NCBI GenBank assembly: GCA_030145275.1
Contig: JAQYVV010000006.1
Location: forward strand, 8,000-71,999
Direction: 5' to 3'
DNA: 64,000 nt
Source of the DNA: Desulfurivibrionaceae bacterium
Lineage (GTDB): Bacteria > Desulfobacterota > Desulfobulbia > Desulfobulbales > VMSU01
Shown here: positions 1 to 10,900 of the stretch, one piece after another
Position numbering within the stretch: the first letter of the stretch is position 1
Layout: every line of letters begins with the position of its first letter
Program-made: the position numbers and the translations under genes
Notes under the pieces: generated by a model
Database searches by the model: none
What the model was told of the DNA's origin: nothing
The model's input: the letters and a program-made list of their open reading frames with translations, nothing else

Positions 1-4
1 GAAA

Positions 5-1549
5 TTGGGAGTTCATGAAGACGAAATAGTCGCAGTAATCGATCCCCAAGGGGTCATTTTCATCTCCAACAAACAGGAATGGCTCCTAAAAATTTTCAGC
101 GAAATCAACCTCACTAACAAAAGTCTCATCTCCGAGTCCAGGCAGTTTGGTTCAGGCCCCTGGGAGTGGACCAAACTGCGGGAAATTTCCCCGCAAACAT
201 ACACCGCCACTGAGGGTACCACCTACATCGGCCACAAAACCGATCTTGAAGCTTACCAAGGTTGGACAGTCCTTCTTTTGAGAAACCAAGACCTACTACG
301 CAAGGCCCTTGCCGGGCCATTTGTCAGAGTAAGCGGCCTTGTCATTCTGCTCTTTTGTTTAATAATTGGCGTAACCGTTCTGTTCTTGTACAAAAGGGCA
401 AGTTCTGAAATTATGCATCGCAAAACAGCTGAAAAAGCATTAACAGAAAGTGAAGAGAGATATAGGTCTCTCTATAACAAAACCCCGGCGATGCTCCACT
501 CCATCGACAAAGAAGGCAGACTACTCAGTGTCAGCGACTATTGGCTTAAAGCTCTTGGCTACAACCTGGATGAAGTCATAGATAAAAAATTAACCAAGTT
601 CTATACGGAAAATTCACGTAAGCATGCGGAAGAAATTGTGATCCCCAACTTTTTCAAGAAAGGGTCCTGCTCGAACATCCCATACCAGTTTATCAAAAAA
701 AATGGTGAGCTTATTAACGTCTTACTCTCGGCAATTAGTGAAAAAAACTCCCAAGGTGAAATTGTCCGTTCTCTGGCAATCTCTGTTGACGTAACCGAAA
801 GAACCAAGACAGAAGAGGCCCTGCGCCAGGCCAAAGAAGAGTTGAGCCAATATTCAAGAGAACTAGAAGACCAGGTGCAAGAAAGGACAAAAGAGATCAG
901 TAAGGCGCAGGCACAGCTCCGCAGACTGTCTGCCTCCATCATGGAAAACCAAGAGAAAGAAAGGGCAGCGATTGCCCGTGAACTACACGATGAACTTGGC
1001 CAGGTCCTCACCGCCTTGCGTCTTGAAACCGTGGCCCTAAGGGATCAAGTGGGCAGCATCGCACCCCCTTTAAGTGAACGCAGCGATCGCATGTGCAAGC
1101 TGATTGACAATACCATCGATGAGGTCCGAGGCATGGCCTTTAGACTGCGCCCAGGTGTTCTGGATGACCTAGGCCTTGTTGATGCCTTGGAGGTGTACAC
1201 TGGTGATTTCGAACGGCGCACCGGTATCAGCTGCTTTTTTGAGAGCAATACGATTCCTGCAATAAGTGATGCCATAGCCACGACGGCATATCGTATTACC
1301 CAAGAGGCCTTGACCAACGTGGCCCGACACGCAAATGCCAGCAATGTCGAGATCGCCATAAAAAAAGAGGGCACTAAACTTATTCTCTCAATTATTGATG
1401 AGGGGGAAGGCTTCGATGCAAATCTTTATGAACCTGAGGGCCTCGGCTTGGCAGGTATGCGCGAACGTGCCTCTCTGGCTGGAGGAACACTCAAGATTAT
1501 CTCTTCTCCAGGCACAGGAACGAGCATTAAATTTGAGGTCGATCTCTAA
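5..1549 (+). CDS. Sensor histidine kinase, HisKA_3 (NarX/LiaS-like) type; 5' end probably cut by the window edge
   Basis: The frame is open to position 2. It has a TM segment (VSGLVILLFCLIIGVTVLFLY), a PAS-like region, an H-box ELHDELGQVLTAL typical of HisKA_3, and a C-terminal HATPase_c domain (IIDEGEGF, GLGLAGMRERA). Confidence 0.85.
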   Translation: MGVHEDEIVAVIDPQGVIFISNKQEWLLKIFSEINLTNKSLISESRQFGSGPWEWTKLREISPQTYTATEGTTYIGHKTDLEAYQGWTVLLLRNQDLLRKALAGPFVRVSGLVILLFCLIIGVTVLFLYKRASSEIMHRKTAEKALTESEERYRSLYNKTPAMLHSIDKEGRLLSVSDYWLKALGYNLDEVIDKKLTKFYTENSRKHAEEIVIPNFFKKGSCSNIPYQFIKKNGELINVLLSAISEKNSQGEIVRSLAISVDVTERTKTEEALRQAKEELSQYSRELEDQVQERTKEISKAQAQLRRLSASIMENQEKERAAIARELHDELGQVLTALRLETVALRDQVGSIAPPLSERSDRMCKLIDNTIDEVRGMAFRLRPGVLDDLGLVDALEVYTGDFERRTGISCFFESNTIPAISDAIATTAYRITQEALTNVARHANASNVEIAIKKEGTKLILSIIDEGEGFDANLYEPEGLGLAGMRERASLAGGTLKIISSPGTGTSIKFEVDL

Positions 1550-1700
1550 CGGCAGTTGACGGACTACGTCTGCGCTTATCTAACGGCTAAAAAAATGCTC
1601 CCGTAAATAGCATAAACTTGAACCGTCAAATGTCTGAGTTGGCAAATAAAATAACGTATATATTCGACTTGTCTGAAAAGTTTAAACAACCAGCCAATCC

Positions 1701-1807
1701 GTAAATATTTGGCATCGCTTTTCAGGGAGGTGAGCAGGCTGGCGTAGCGTAGTTGGCTACGTGAGACAGCCTGATCGCCTTCCTGGGAAGTGATGCCGAA
1801 TATTTAC
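1701..1807. repeat. Palindromic intergenic repeat, type A (termini GTAAATATTTGGCA...TGCCGAATATTTAC)
   Basis: The two ~41-nt arms are reverse complements apart from 7 mismatches. The core GATCAGGCTG-type module is shared with other copies in the window. Confidence 0.85.
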
Positions 1808-1840
1808 AAAATAACGACGAAGGGCCAAGGCATAAATATC

Positions 1841-2479
1841 ATGATAAAAATACTTCTCGCAGATGACCATAATCTTGTTCGTGAAGGTTTACGCCGTATC
1901 ATTGAAGAGAGTGAAGGCATTGAAGTTGTCGCAGAGGCTGAAAACGGCAGGGACGCACTTCAACTGATAAAAGAACATAAGCTGGATGTCGCCGTCATAG
2001 ATCTTTCCATGCCGGGGATTGACGGACTTGAGGTGATAAACATTCTCCGCGAGACAAATCCTGAGCTACCGGTAATCGTACTGACCATGCATGAAGAAGA
2101 GCAATACGTGGTTCGTGCCATTGAGGCCGGAGCAATGGGATACCTGACCAAGAGATCCGCCGCTGAACAACTGGTCAGCGCTATAAAAAAAGTACACGGC
2201 GGCTCTCGCTACCTCACTCCTGAAGCGGCAGAACTTCTTGCCTTGAGGCTTGCAACAGGTACAAGGGGGCAATCCCCTCTAGACAGCCTCTCCACAAGAG
2301 AGCTGCAAGTTTTGCGGCGCTTGGCAATGGGCAGAACAAACAGGGAGATTGCAGAATCATACTGCATCAGCATTAAGACAGTTGACACCTATCGCCTTAG
2401 AATCTTGAAAAAACTAAATTTGCGCAACAATGCGGATTTGTCCAGATTCGCTTTACAAAATAAGTTGATAGAAGGGTAA
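1841..2479 (+). CDS. NarL/FixJ-family response regulator (REC + LuxR-type HTH)
   Basis: MIKILLADDH start and the acceptor context VAVIDLSMPGIDG. The C-terminal region LSTRELQVLRRLAMGRTNREIAE...SIKTVDTYR is a LuxR HTH. The upstream 17 codons of the ORF lie in the repeat element, so the start was moved to 1841. Confidence 0.9.
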   Translation: MIKILLADDHNLVREGLRRIIEESEGIEVVAEAENGRDALQLIKEHKLDVAVIDLSMPGIDGLEVINILRETNPELPVIVLTMHEEEQYVVRAIEAGAMGYLTKRSAAEQLVSAIKKVHGGSRYLTPEAAELLALRLATGTRGQSPLDSLSTRELQVLRRLAMGRTNREIAESYCISIKTVDTYRLRILKKLNLRNNADLSRFALQNKLIEG

Positions 2480-2488
2480 GTGGGTGGA

Positions 2489-2530
2489 GATGCAAGATGA
2501 AAGATGAAAGATGAAAGATGAAAGATGAAA
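2489..2530 (+). repeat. Heptamer tandem array GATGCAA (GATGAAA)x5
   Basis: Six head-to-tail 7-nt units begin 9 nt after the response-regulator stop codon. Confidence 0.9.
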
Positions 2531-2562
2531 AGAGTAAACTAGAATTTAATACCTGCAACCGT

Positions 2563-2973
2563 CTATTCGAGAGATAAAAACCTTTTTGCTTTTTTGCATT
2601 TGTCTTGGACGGAGACTTTCAAATCAGTCTCTGAGGCCAAGATCAGAAGATCGTCCAGGTCAGTAGTCAGTAAAGTTCTATAGCCATCTGCATCAAATTT
2701 TCCCTGCCCAGCCTTTTTGTATTTTTGCGCTTCCTCTGCTTCTCTACGCTTCAACTCTGCGACAACCGCGATACCTTCCTGATCTTCCAGATAAACTGCG
2801 GCCCACAGCATGTGAGCCGAAGAGGGGTTGATCTTTTGGTCACTCTGCCAGAAATGGTATGGAAGATTCAGGACACCCATTTTCTTAATCAAAGAGATAT
2901 CAAGCCTCTTGCGTAAATCAACCATATCTGGCTCTCTTCCCTTTTGTAATGATTCAACAAATAAAGAAAACAT
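2563..2973 (-). CDS. Hypothetical protein (136 aa)
   Basis: Clean ORF with no motif I recognise. Confidence 0.45.
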   Translation of the reverse strand: MFSLFVESLQKGREPDMVDLRKRLDISLIKKMGVLNLPYHFWQSDQKINPSSAHMLWAAVYLEDQEGIAVVAELKRREAEEAQKYKKAGQGKFDADGYRTLLTTDLDDLLILASETDLKVSVQDKCKKAKRFLSLE

Positions 2974-3240
2974 CGGCTAAACCTGTACCTTTTATTCTCC
3001 GATTCTTGAAATTATAGAAGTGCGTTTTTGAAAGAAACATCGGCTCTTGTAGCTTTAGAAATTTGAACGAAAGGCGCTGGATTTGTTGCAATGCTAACTA
3101 TCAATAATGTTTCTAAAGATACTTTCCTTGAATTATCGCCACCTCAAGGTGGAGCAAACAGCAAAATTAGATGCTTTGCAAGCATTGAATGCGGTCGATG
3201 GACCCCAGCAGCATTTCAAATCTTTTTTTACAGAAGGCGA

Positions 3241-3275
3241 AAATATAAAAAGGGGGAAAGACACCTCTTTCCCCC
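3241..3275 (-). terminator. Rho-independent terminator downstream of the giant gene
   Basis: On the minus strand, the hairpin GGGGGAAAGA-GGTG-TCTTTCCCCC is followed by TTTTTATATTT. It lies ~120 nt after the stop at 3394. Confidence 0.65.
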
Positions 3276-3393
3276 AAAATAAGATTACTATCTATTTGTA
3301 AAACAATAAGGCTATTACGGTGCCACATATTCAGAGGCACCCTCAGCAACTTAGTTTACCTATCCGGTCCTGCAAGGCTGGCAGATTAATTCG

Positions 3394-4980
3394 CTAAGGA
3401 ACATACTCGTCGGCACCCATGTCGTAATCGTCAACGTCATCACCTAATCCACCCACATCATAAGGACGTGCATCTCCTTCTATATCGTCAGCCGGAGCAG
3501 AGGTGGCAGAGGCGCTATCGATACAGGGTGAAACGTTGGTGCAACCAGCTGGATTATCGGCCCCGTTACAGATCCGAAAATCCCCTGCAGTGGTGGGGCT
3601 GCCAGACCCAGCCTGCTGAAAATCAACAAACTCAGGGTTGGCGTCAATGTTGCCGGTGCCTGCATAACCACCTTCCACATCGGAATAGGTAACTGTCGGA
3701 GTACCACTAATATTCGGGCCGGTACCACCAGCAGTATTCCCCCAGATAACACTGTTGATAATGGTGCCAATACCATACAGGCCACCACCCCTATTCGCGG
3801 AATAATTGCCGCTGATGGTAGTGTTGTAAACGTTCAGCGTTCCAGCGCCGCAATATATACCACCGCCGTCATTAGCTTCGATAATATTACCGCTGACAAT
3901 ACAGTTGGTCAGGGTAACAGTACCTCCCAAATTCCTGATAGCGCCGCCATATGCCCCCGCCTTGTTTCCTTGGATTAAGCTACTGTTTACTTCGGCGCTT
4001 CCATTCTGGATGTATAAGGCGCCGCCATTCTTAACAGTAGCAGCTATATTGTCGTTGATGGTACTATTAGTAATAACCAAGGACGTGCCAGCATCAGCAC
4101 TGTAGACAGCGCCACCGTGCTGAGTTGAAGTGTTGCTGCTTACACTAACATTCGTCAACGCTGCCACAACCGTGCCTCTCAATCTGATAGCTCCACCATA
4201 AGTCCCACCATTGGAGTCAATGCTTGTGTCACTGATAGTTAACGTAGAGCCAGCATCTGCGTACACGGCACCACCGCTACCGGCAGTGTTACCGTTGATG
4301 CTGCTACCACCGCTAATAGTGGCGGCGGTGTTGTCGTCAAGGAAGATACCGCCGCCACTGTAAGCGGTGTTGCTTACAGTGTTGTTGTCGATGTTACTGT
4401 CGGTAATGGTAACAGTGCTCGAGGCACCGCTCAAATAGATGCCACCGCCATCTCTGGTTGTAGTGTTGCTGCTTACGCTGCTACTGGTAATGGCCAGTTT
4501 TGAGTTGTCGCAACGAATACCAGCACCATATTGCGCAGTATTGCCTATTACGTTTATATTAAGCAAGGTGGTGGCAGTAGTGGTCGACGCATTTAACAGG
4601 TAAATGCCACCACCAGATCCAGTGGGCTGGTTGCCCTGGATGATACAGTTCTTGATAAGTGGTGCAGAGAGGCTGTCAACCAAGATACCACGGGTGTTAC
4701 TGTTAGTGATGACAGACCCCTGATTATCAATAGTGAATCCATCCAGTACTGCACTATGTGCACCACTGCTGATATCAACCACCTGGCCATTAGTTCCGTC
4801 GCCTTGAATGGTTGTGGTTGCAGCACCATAGACTGACTGAACGGTGACACTTTTAGTCGTTGGGAAAACTATCCTTTCACTATAAGTGCCGTTGCTGACC
4901 AAGACACATTGACCATCGGCGGCTGCGTTGATACCGGCCTGAATGGTGGCTGCCTCACTGGGCACCTCGACGGCGTCAAC
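3394..4980 (-). other. Parallel beta-helix region 2 of the giant protein
   Basis: The same GGG(I/A)Y / GGA(V/I)Y periodicity as region 1. The C-terminus is DIEGDARPYDVGGLGDDVDDYDMGADEYVP. Coordinates are approximate. Confidence 0.7.
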
Positions 4981-7900
4981 CACGGTTAAGGTTTGCTCTA
5001 CAATGGCATTTCCGTTAGCATCAGCAGTACCGTCATTGGCGTAGAACAGGTATGCAACACCACCATCGGCCACATAAGGAACAAGGGTAGAAATAGTGTA
5101 GAGTTTGCCATCGGTGTAGTCACTATCACCACCATCCACAACGGTCAGGTCTATCTTTTCACCGCCGTCAAGGTAATCGCCGTCATCATTTTTGTCCACC
5201 CACAGCTGAATAGTCACAGGAGCAGTATTGAGTAATTGGGTATACTGGACCCGGAAAGTGTAAAGCCCGCCACAGGGCCCAGATTCTTCTTCAACACCAT
5301 CGATGGTATAACCGCTCTCTCCGGTCCAATCCAGATCTGGCGGAGGACTGGCTGCAAAAATTCCTACGGTGGAGTCAGAGGTTGGGTCACCGGTGGCCGC
5401 ATCTGTACCATCTCCAGCCCTAAAGCTGTAGTTAAGATTGTTGTCACCCGCAGAGTTAAGATTGATGGCAACCTTATAGAGTTTGCCGTCAGTGTAGTCG
5501 CTGTCGCCACCATCCACTGCGCTTAGGTCTACCTTTTCACCGACGTCAAGGTAGTCGCTGTCATCATTTTTATCCAGCCAGAGCTGGATGGAAGCAGGTG
5601 CCTCATTGTCTGCGTCGGTATACTTGATGCGGAAGTCAAAGAGGCTGCCATCCTCGTCATTATTAGGATCAACACCGTCTGAGACATAATTCAGCAATCC
5701 AGTCCAATCCAAGGTCGGAACATGGTTGGCAATGGTCACACTACTGGTTGTGGTTGTTACCGGATCACCGATGGCCGCGACGCCGTTGGCGGCGTAGAAG
5801 CGGTAGTTAAGGGTATTGTCTCCTGCCTTGAAAAAATTCACAGTCCTGGTGTAGATTTTACCATCAGTACAGTCGGTATCAGCACTACTAATCTCGGTCA
5901 TGGTGAGGGTTTCACCACTATCAAGATAATCACCGTCGTCGTTTCTATCCAGCCACACCTGAATGGAGGTGGGCGGCGTGTTATGGGCATCAGTATAGGA
6001 AACCTGGAAGACGAAATCACTGCTGATAAAGCCACTGTCCGGATGGGCTCCGTCCGTTACATAATCACCACTACCAAGCCATGCCAGTTGCGGCACACTG
6101 CTGAGAACAACGGTGTTGTCGGTAACGGGTTCGCCTGTGGCGAGATCATAAGTGTCGGCAGCATAAAAACGATAGTTGAGCACATCGTCACCAGCGTAAA
6201 CTAGGTTTAAAGACTTGCTGTAGAGTTTACCGTCGGTATAGGTGATGTCCCCGCCATCAACTGCACTCATGGTATACTTTTCACCAGCTTCATAGCTGCC
6301 ATTGTCGTTTTCATCCACCCAGAGCTGGATGGCAACAGGTGCATCGTTATCAGCATCAACGTATGTAGTCCGGAATTCGAAACTGGCTCCACTCACCCCC
6401 TGATCGGGGTCAACGCCATCAGCAGCATAATTTGTCTCGCCAGTCCACTCAAGACTCGGGATATTGTTAAACACAGTCCCGACCTCATAGGCCCCCATGT
6501 CAATACCAGCGCCATTGGGACGGATGTTGTTTTCAATATCCGAGGCAGGTGCACCGGTGGCGGTCCCTGCATCCACGGCTGCCGAGTGATTTGGCAGATG
6601 GTAATCGCCCTCGGAAGTGGGGGCATACGAAAAGTCAAGGGGATCAACAAAATATGGGTCAATATTAATATTATTGTTACCGCTGTAACCGTCCTCACCA
6701 ATGTCGGAATAACTGGCAGTGACAGTACCGTTTATCTGCGAACTGCTACCGTTGCCCCAAATGATGGAGTTTGTTAGCGTTACCGTGGCTGTAGCGTCAA
6801 AGGCGACCTCCACTGCACTGCCAGAGTTGCTAGTGTTACCGCTGATGGTGCAATTCAAAATATCAGCAGCCAGAACAACATCCTCCCCGCTGAAATGAAA
6901 CCCACCACCGTTATAATCTCCCTTGTTGCCGCTTACCACACTGTTAACGAATGATGCAGTTGTGTTGCCGTCAACATAGGCACCGCCGCCATACTGGGAA
7001 CTATTTCCGGTAAAGAAAGATCTCTCAATAGTCGCGGTGCCGCCAGAGAGCAGTAGACCGCCACCTTTGGCAAAAAAAGCGCTAGAATTATCACGAATAG
7101 AGGAATCGATAAGGGTGAAGGTATTACCTGCCCCATTGACAACAGCTACGCCGCCGCCGCCTGTTCTACCATCGTTATCATTGAAGGTGGAACCGCTTAT
7201 GGTCATCGAGTCCAGAGCGACCAAACGTATAGCCCCCCCTGCAGAAGTACTTGAAGTATTACTGCTAAACGTGCTGTCGGAGATGCTGCCGGTAAGAAGA
7301 GTGGCCCCAGCACTTTCTAAATACACGCCGCCGCCATTCTGGGCACTGTTGCCACTGATGGTGCTATCGTCGATACTCACGATTACAGTACCGCCTGTGG
7401 CATTGCAATAGATTCCGCCGCCATAGGCGAAGTTGGTTCCGGAGTTGCCGCTGATGGTAGAACTGGAAACGGCCAGCGATGCATCAGCACTGGTTGCCAT
7501 AAAGATTCCGCCGCCACGATTGCCGCTGTGGTTATTACTGATGGTGGAGCCGGAAATATCCGCCGAACTGCCGCTGTCCAGATAGATGCCGGCACCATGT
7601 GATCCAGCGGTGTTACTGCTGATAGTCGTGGCACTAATAGTCACAGTGGACGAAGCCCCAATGACGTAGATACCACCGCCGCCACTATTGCCGATGTTAT
7701 TAGTTATAATAGAATTGATAATGGCAGGCGAAGAATCACTGATGTAGAGACCGCCCCCTTTGCCAAAATTTATTTGATTGCCGTTCTGCACAGTTACGCC
7801 GTTAAGTACTGTATCAGCGCCATTTTTAATCGTAACCGTTGAACCGGAGGCATTACCATCAATAATGCTGGAAGCAGCGCCGTTTTCAGAGATAATGGTC

Positions 7901-10900
7901 AGGTCCTTGTTGTCAATGGTGATTTTCTCCGTGCAGGTTCCGTCTGCAAGCAGGAGGGTATCACCATTCGCAGCATTGTTGATCGCTGTCTGCAGTGAGG
8001 TGTAGTCATAGTCTCCGGTGCCGTCACAAGACACCTTGATAGTATTAACGAAAAGGGTAACGATGTTGTCATTAGCCGCTATACCGCCGGCATCCACGCT
8101 GCCGTCAGAAGCAAAGAAACGATAGTTGATCACGCCGTCCCCCGCAATAAGCAAGGTTGTTGTCGCAACATACATTTTACCATCAGAGTAATCGGTATCC
8201 GAAGCATCAACGACGGTCAGGTCGATCTTTTCATCGCTGTCGTCGTAATCATCATCATCATTCCTGTCCACCCAAAGCTGTATTGCAGTAGGTGTGGTAT
8301 TGTCGGCGTCACTGTATTGCACCTGGAAGCTGAAACTGCTGTTATCAAGCCCGCTATCCGGATCGACACCGTCGGTGACATAATTGCTTACCCCGGTCCA
8401 GGTTAGTAGCGGCGCTGTGTTGCTGCTAGTCACGTTTACTGATCTGTCAGTGGTGGGCGTGCCTGTGGCTTCAAGCGCATCGCGTAAGGCGTAGAAGCGG
8501 TAGTTAAGCGAACCATCACCCGCATAGGCGAGGGCCAGCGTCTTGGAATATAATTTGCTGTCTGTTAAGGTGGTGTCGCCACTATCAACCTCGGTCATCT
8601 CATACTTTTCACCAGGCTCATAACTGCCGCTGTCATCAACATCCACCCATACCTGAATATTGCTTGGCAAGAGATTGTCGGCATGGCTGTAATCTATCTG
8701 GAAAACAAAAGAAGATCCGGAGGCTCCACTGTTGGGACTGACACCATCGGCGCTGTACCCTGCCTCACCACTCCAAGCCAGAACCGGAACATCCGGGTTC
8801 AGGGTAATCGTGGCGCCAGTAACCGGACTGCCGGTCGCTGTGCCATTTCTGTCCATGGCATGGAAGCGATATGAGAGAGTGCCGTCTCCGACACTGTTGA
8901 GCGCCATGATCCTGGTATACAACTTGCCATCTGATGAGTCGTGATCGCTGTCGTCAACATCAAACATGGTGAATTTTTCGTTCTCTGCATAACTGCCGCT
9001 GTCATCAACATCCACCCATACCTGGATAACAGTGGGGCGGTCACGATTGGCGTCAGTATATTCTACCCGGAAGGCAAAATAATTGCCGGACTGAGCGCTA
9101 TCAGGGCTGACACCATCGGTGGTGTAGCCTGCTTCGCCGGTCCAGGCCAGGGTCGGCGCTTCCTGGGCTATAGGATTGGAGCTTCGGGGATAGATATAGC
9201 CCCCACCAGTCGCATTACCATGGCAGTCTGAACACAGATTATCGGAAGTGTTGGAATCCCAGAATGTGCCGGTGCTGTCTGGCAAGTAAATTGGTTGGCT
9301 GGGCTCGACTACATCCCTGGTAGTTACATAACTGACTGAGGGAGATCCTACTACCATATCGGTGTAGAAAATTTTCATCCCCGGCTCCTTGCCAGTCAGC
9401 TTGCCGTCCCTGATCATGGAGAGTTGAGTTGATCCATGGACGTTGTGGCAGTTGATACAGGTGATAGTATTTTTCCCTGTGGTGCTGCGCCAATCGGATC
9501 TAAACCTGTATTGCATGCCAAGATGGTACTCGTGAGCATTGACAGGAGCAGGGTCAGGGCCTGTTGGATTCCAGTCTAAATCGTCCCGGAAGGTGGTACC
9601 GTATTCCGTAGATTTAGTCAGGTATTTATCCGGCAGATGGCAACCGTTACTGGAAAAACAGAGCCGATGCTCGTCTTGATTGGGCGTAACTCCAGTAAGT
9701 GGTACCACCATGGGATTAAGATCGTCCACCAGATTAAGACGATACCCCAGTCGGTACTCGTCCGAGTCGCAGTCACGATCATTTTGATCAATATCATTAG
9801 CAGGATCAGCATCAGTACAATCAAAGGACCGTGCCACGCCGTCGATATGTGCGGCGGAGTAGTCATGGCAATCATCGCACCCCTTGCCGGCACCCTGGAC
9901 CACGCCTCCGCTGGCGGGATAGGTGTCAGCACTATCCAGACCATGACCGGTCTTGTAATAGCCCCAGCCGGTACCGACGCCGTAGGTATAGTCACCGTCT
10001 TCGTCGCCGATGACATTGGGGGCACTGATAGCGCTGGCTACTGACGGAGCCTCATCATGACAGGTGGCACACCATTTATCTTTACCGGCCTGCAGCGTAA
10101 CACTGTCTGACTCGTAAATAGCGGTGTCCCAGTTATTTTTTGCGCCCACCACAGCGTCACTGACGCCGTCGTATGTACCGCCTTGACTATGGCAGGTATC
10201 GCAGACCGTGGTCAACAGCAGACTGGAAGCCCCATCCGCAAAGTCTGGGAAATTAGCTGTATCATGGCAGGTATCACAACCCACATTGGGGCCTTTTAAG
10301 TCATCACTGTCATTTTCTGTATGGGTTGAATGGCTCCAAAATGAGCCTGCGCCACCAGTGGCACCACCGTAGCCTGGATCATGGCCATGGCAGGGCTCAC
10401 AGCCCGGCCCCTGGGAATCAATACCATGGGCAAAGCCCTGAGTATGGGCATGGCAGCTAATGCAGTCGATGCTGGTCACGGCCCCGGCATTGGTATGATT
10501 CTGGTCCGGACCGCTCCCGTCATTACGAAAATGGTCGGTCATGGTATGGCAAACTTCACAGATGCCGTCGTAGATTGCATCGCCATCAGCAAAAGAATTG
10601 TCCCCCTGCCTGTCGGAGAACTTGACCGTGGCATCATCTGTGCCATCATCCGGCGTGTTATTCCAGTCAACCAATCGCTTGATGTATTGACCGTAGATGA
10701 CACCAAAGTTAGTGGGAGGACTGATATAGGTGTACATAGAGCGAACATCCCCAGCCACGGTCATGGTCGTGGCGTCGATAGCTGTAACCGCAAAGGCGTT
10801 ACCCGTTTTTCTCAGGTTGGGTAAGAGGATGGGCCGCCTGGCCGCTGTAGTCTTTTCGGTTATGGAATCTATGTCCCAGCCACTCTTAAAAGCCCCGCCG

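Noticed and set aside
1790-1840. N-terminal extension MMPNIYKITTKGQGINI of the response-regulator ORF.
   Set aside because: It is encoded by the right terminus of the repeat at 1701-1807 (TGCCGAATATTTAC). The same PNIY peptide appears wherever this terminus is translated. The receiver domain starts at MIKILLADDH.
2489-2530. Possible CRISPR array, for the heptamer arrays and the palindromic repeats in general.
   Set aside because: The heptamers are contiguous with no spacers. The palindromic elements are dispersed single copies with variable content, and no cas genes are present.
3310-3325. Sigma-54-like TGGCACCGTAATAGCC on the minus strand.
   Set aside because: The -12 element is poor (TAGCC). 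It lies just after the giant gene's stop, and a terminator separates it from the next gene.
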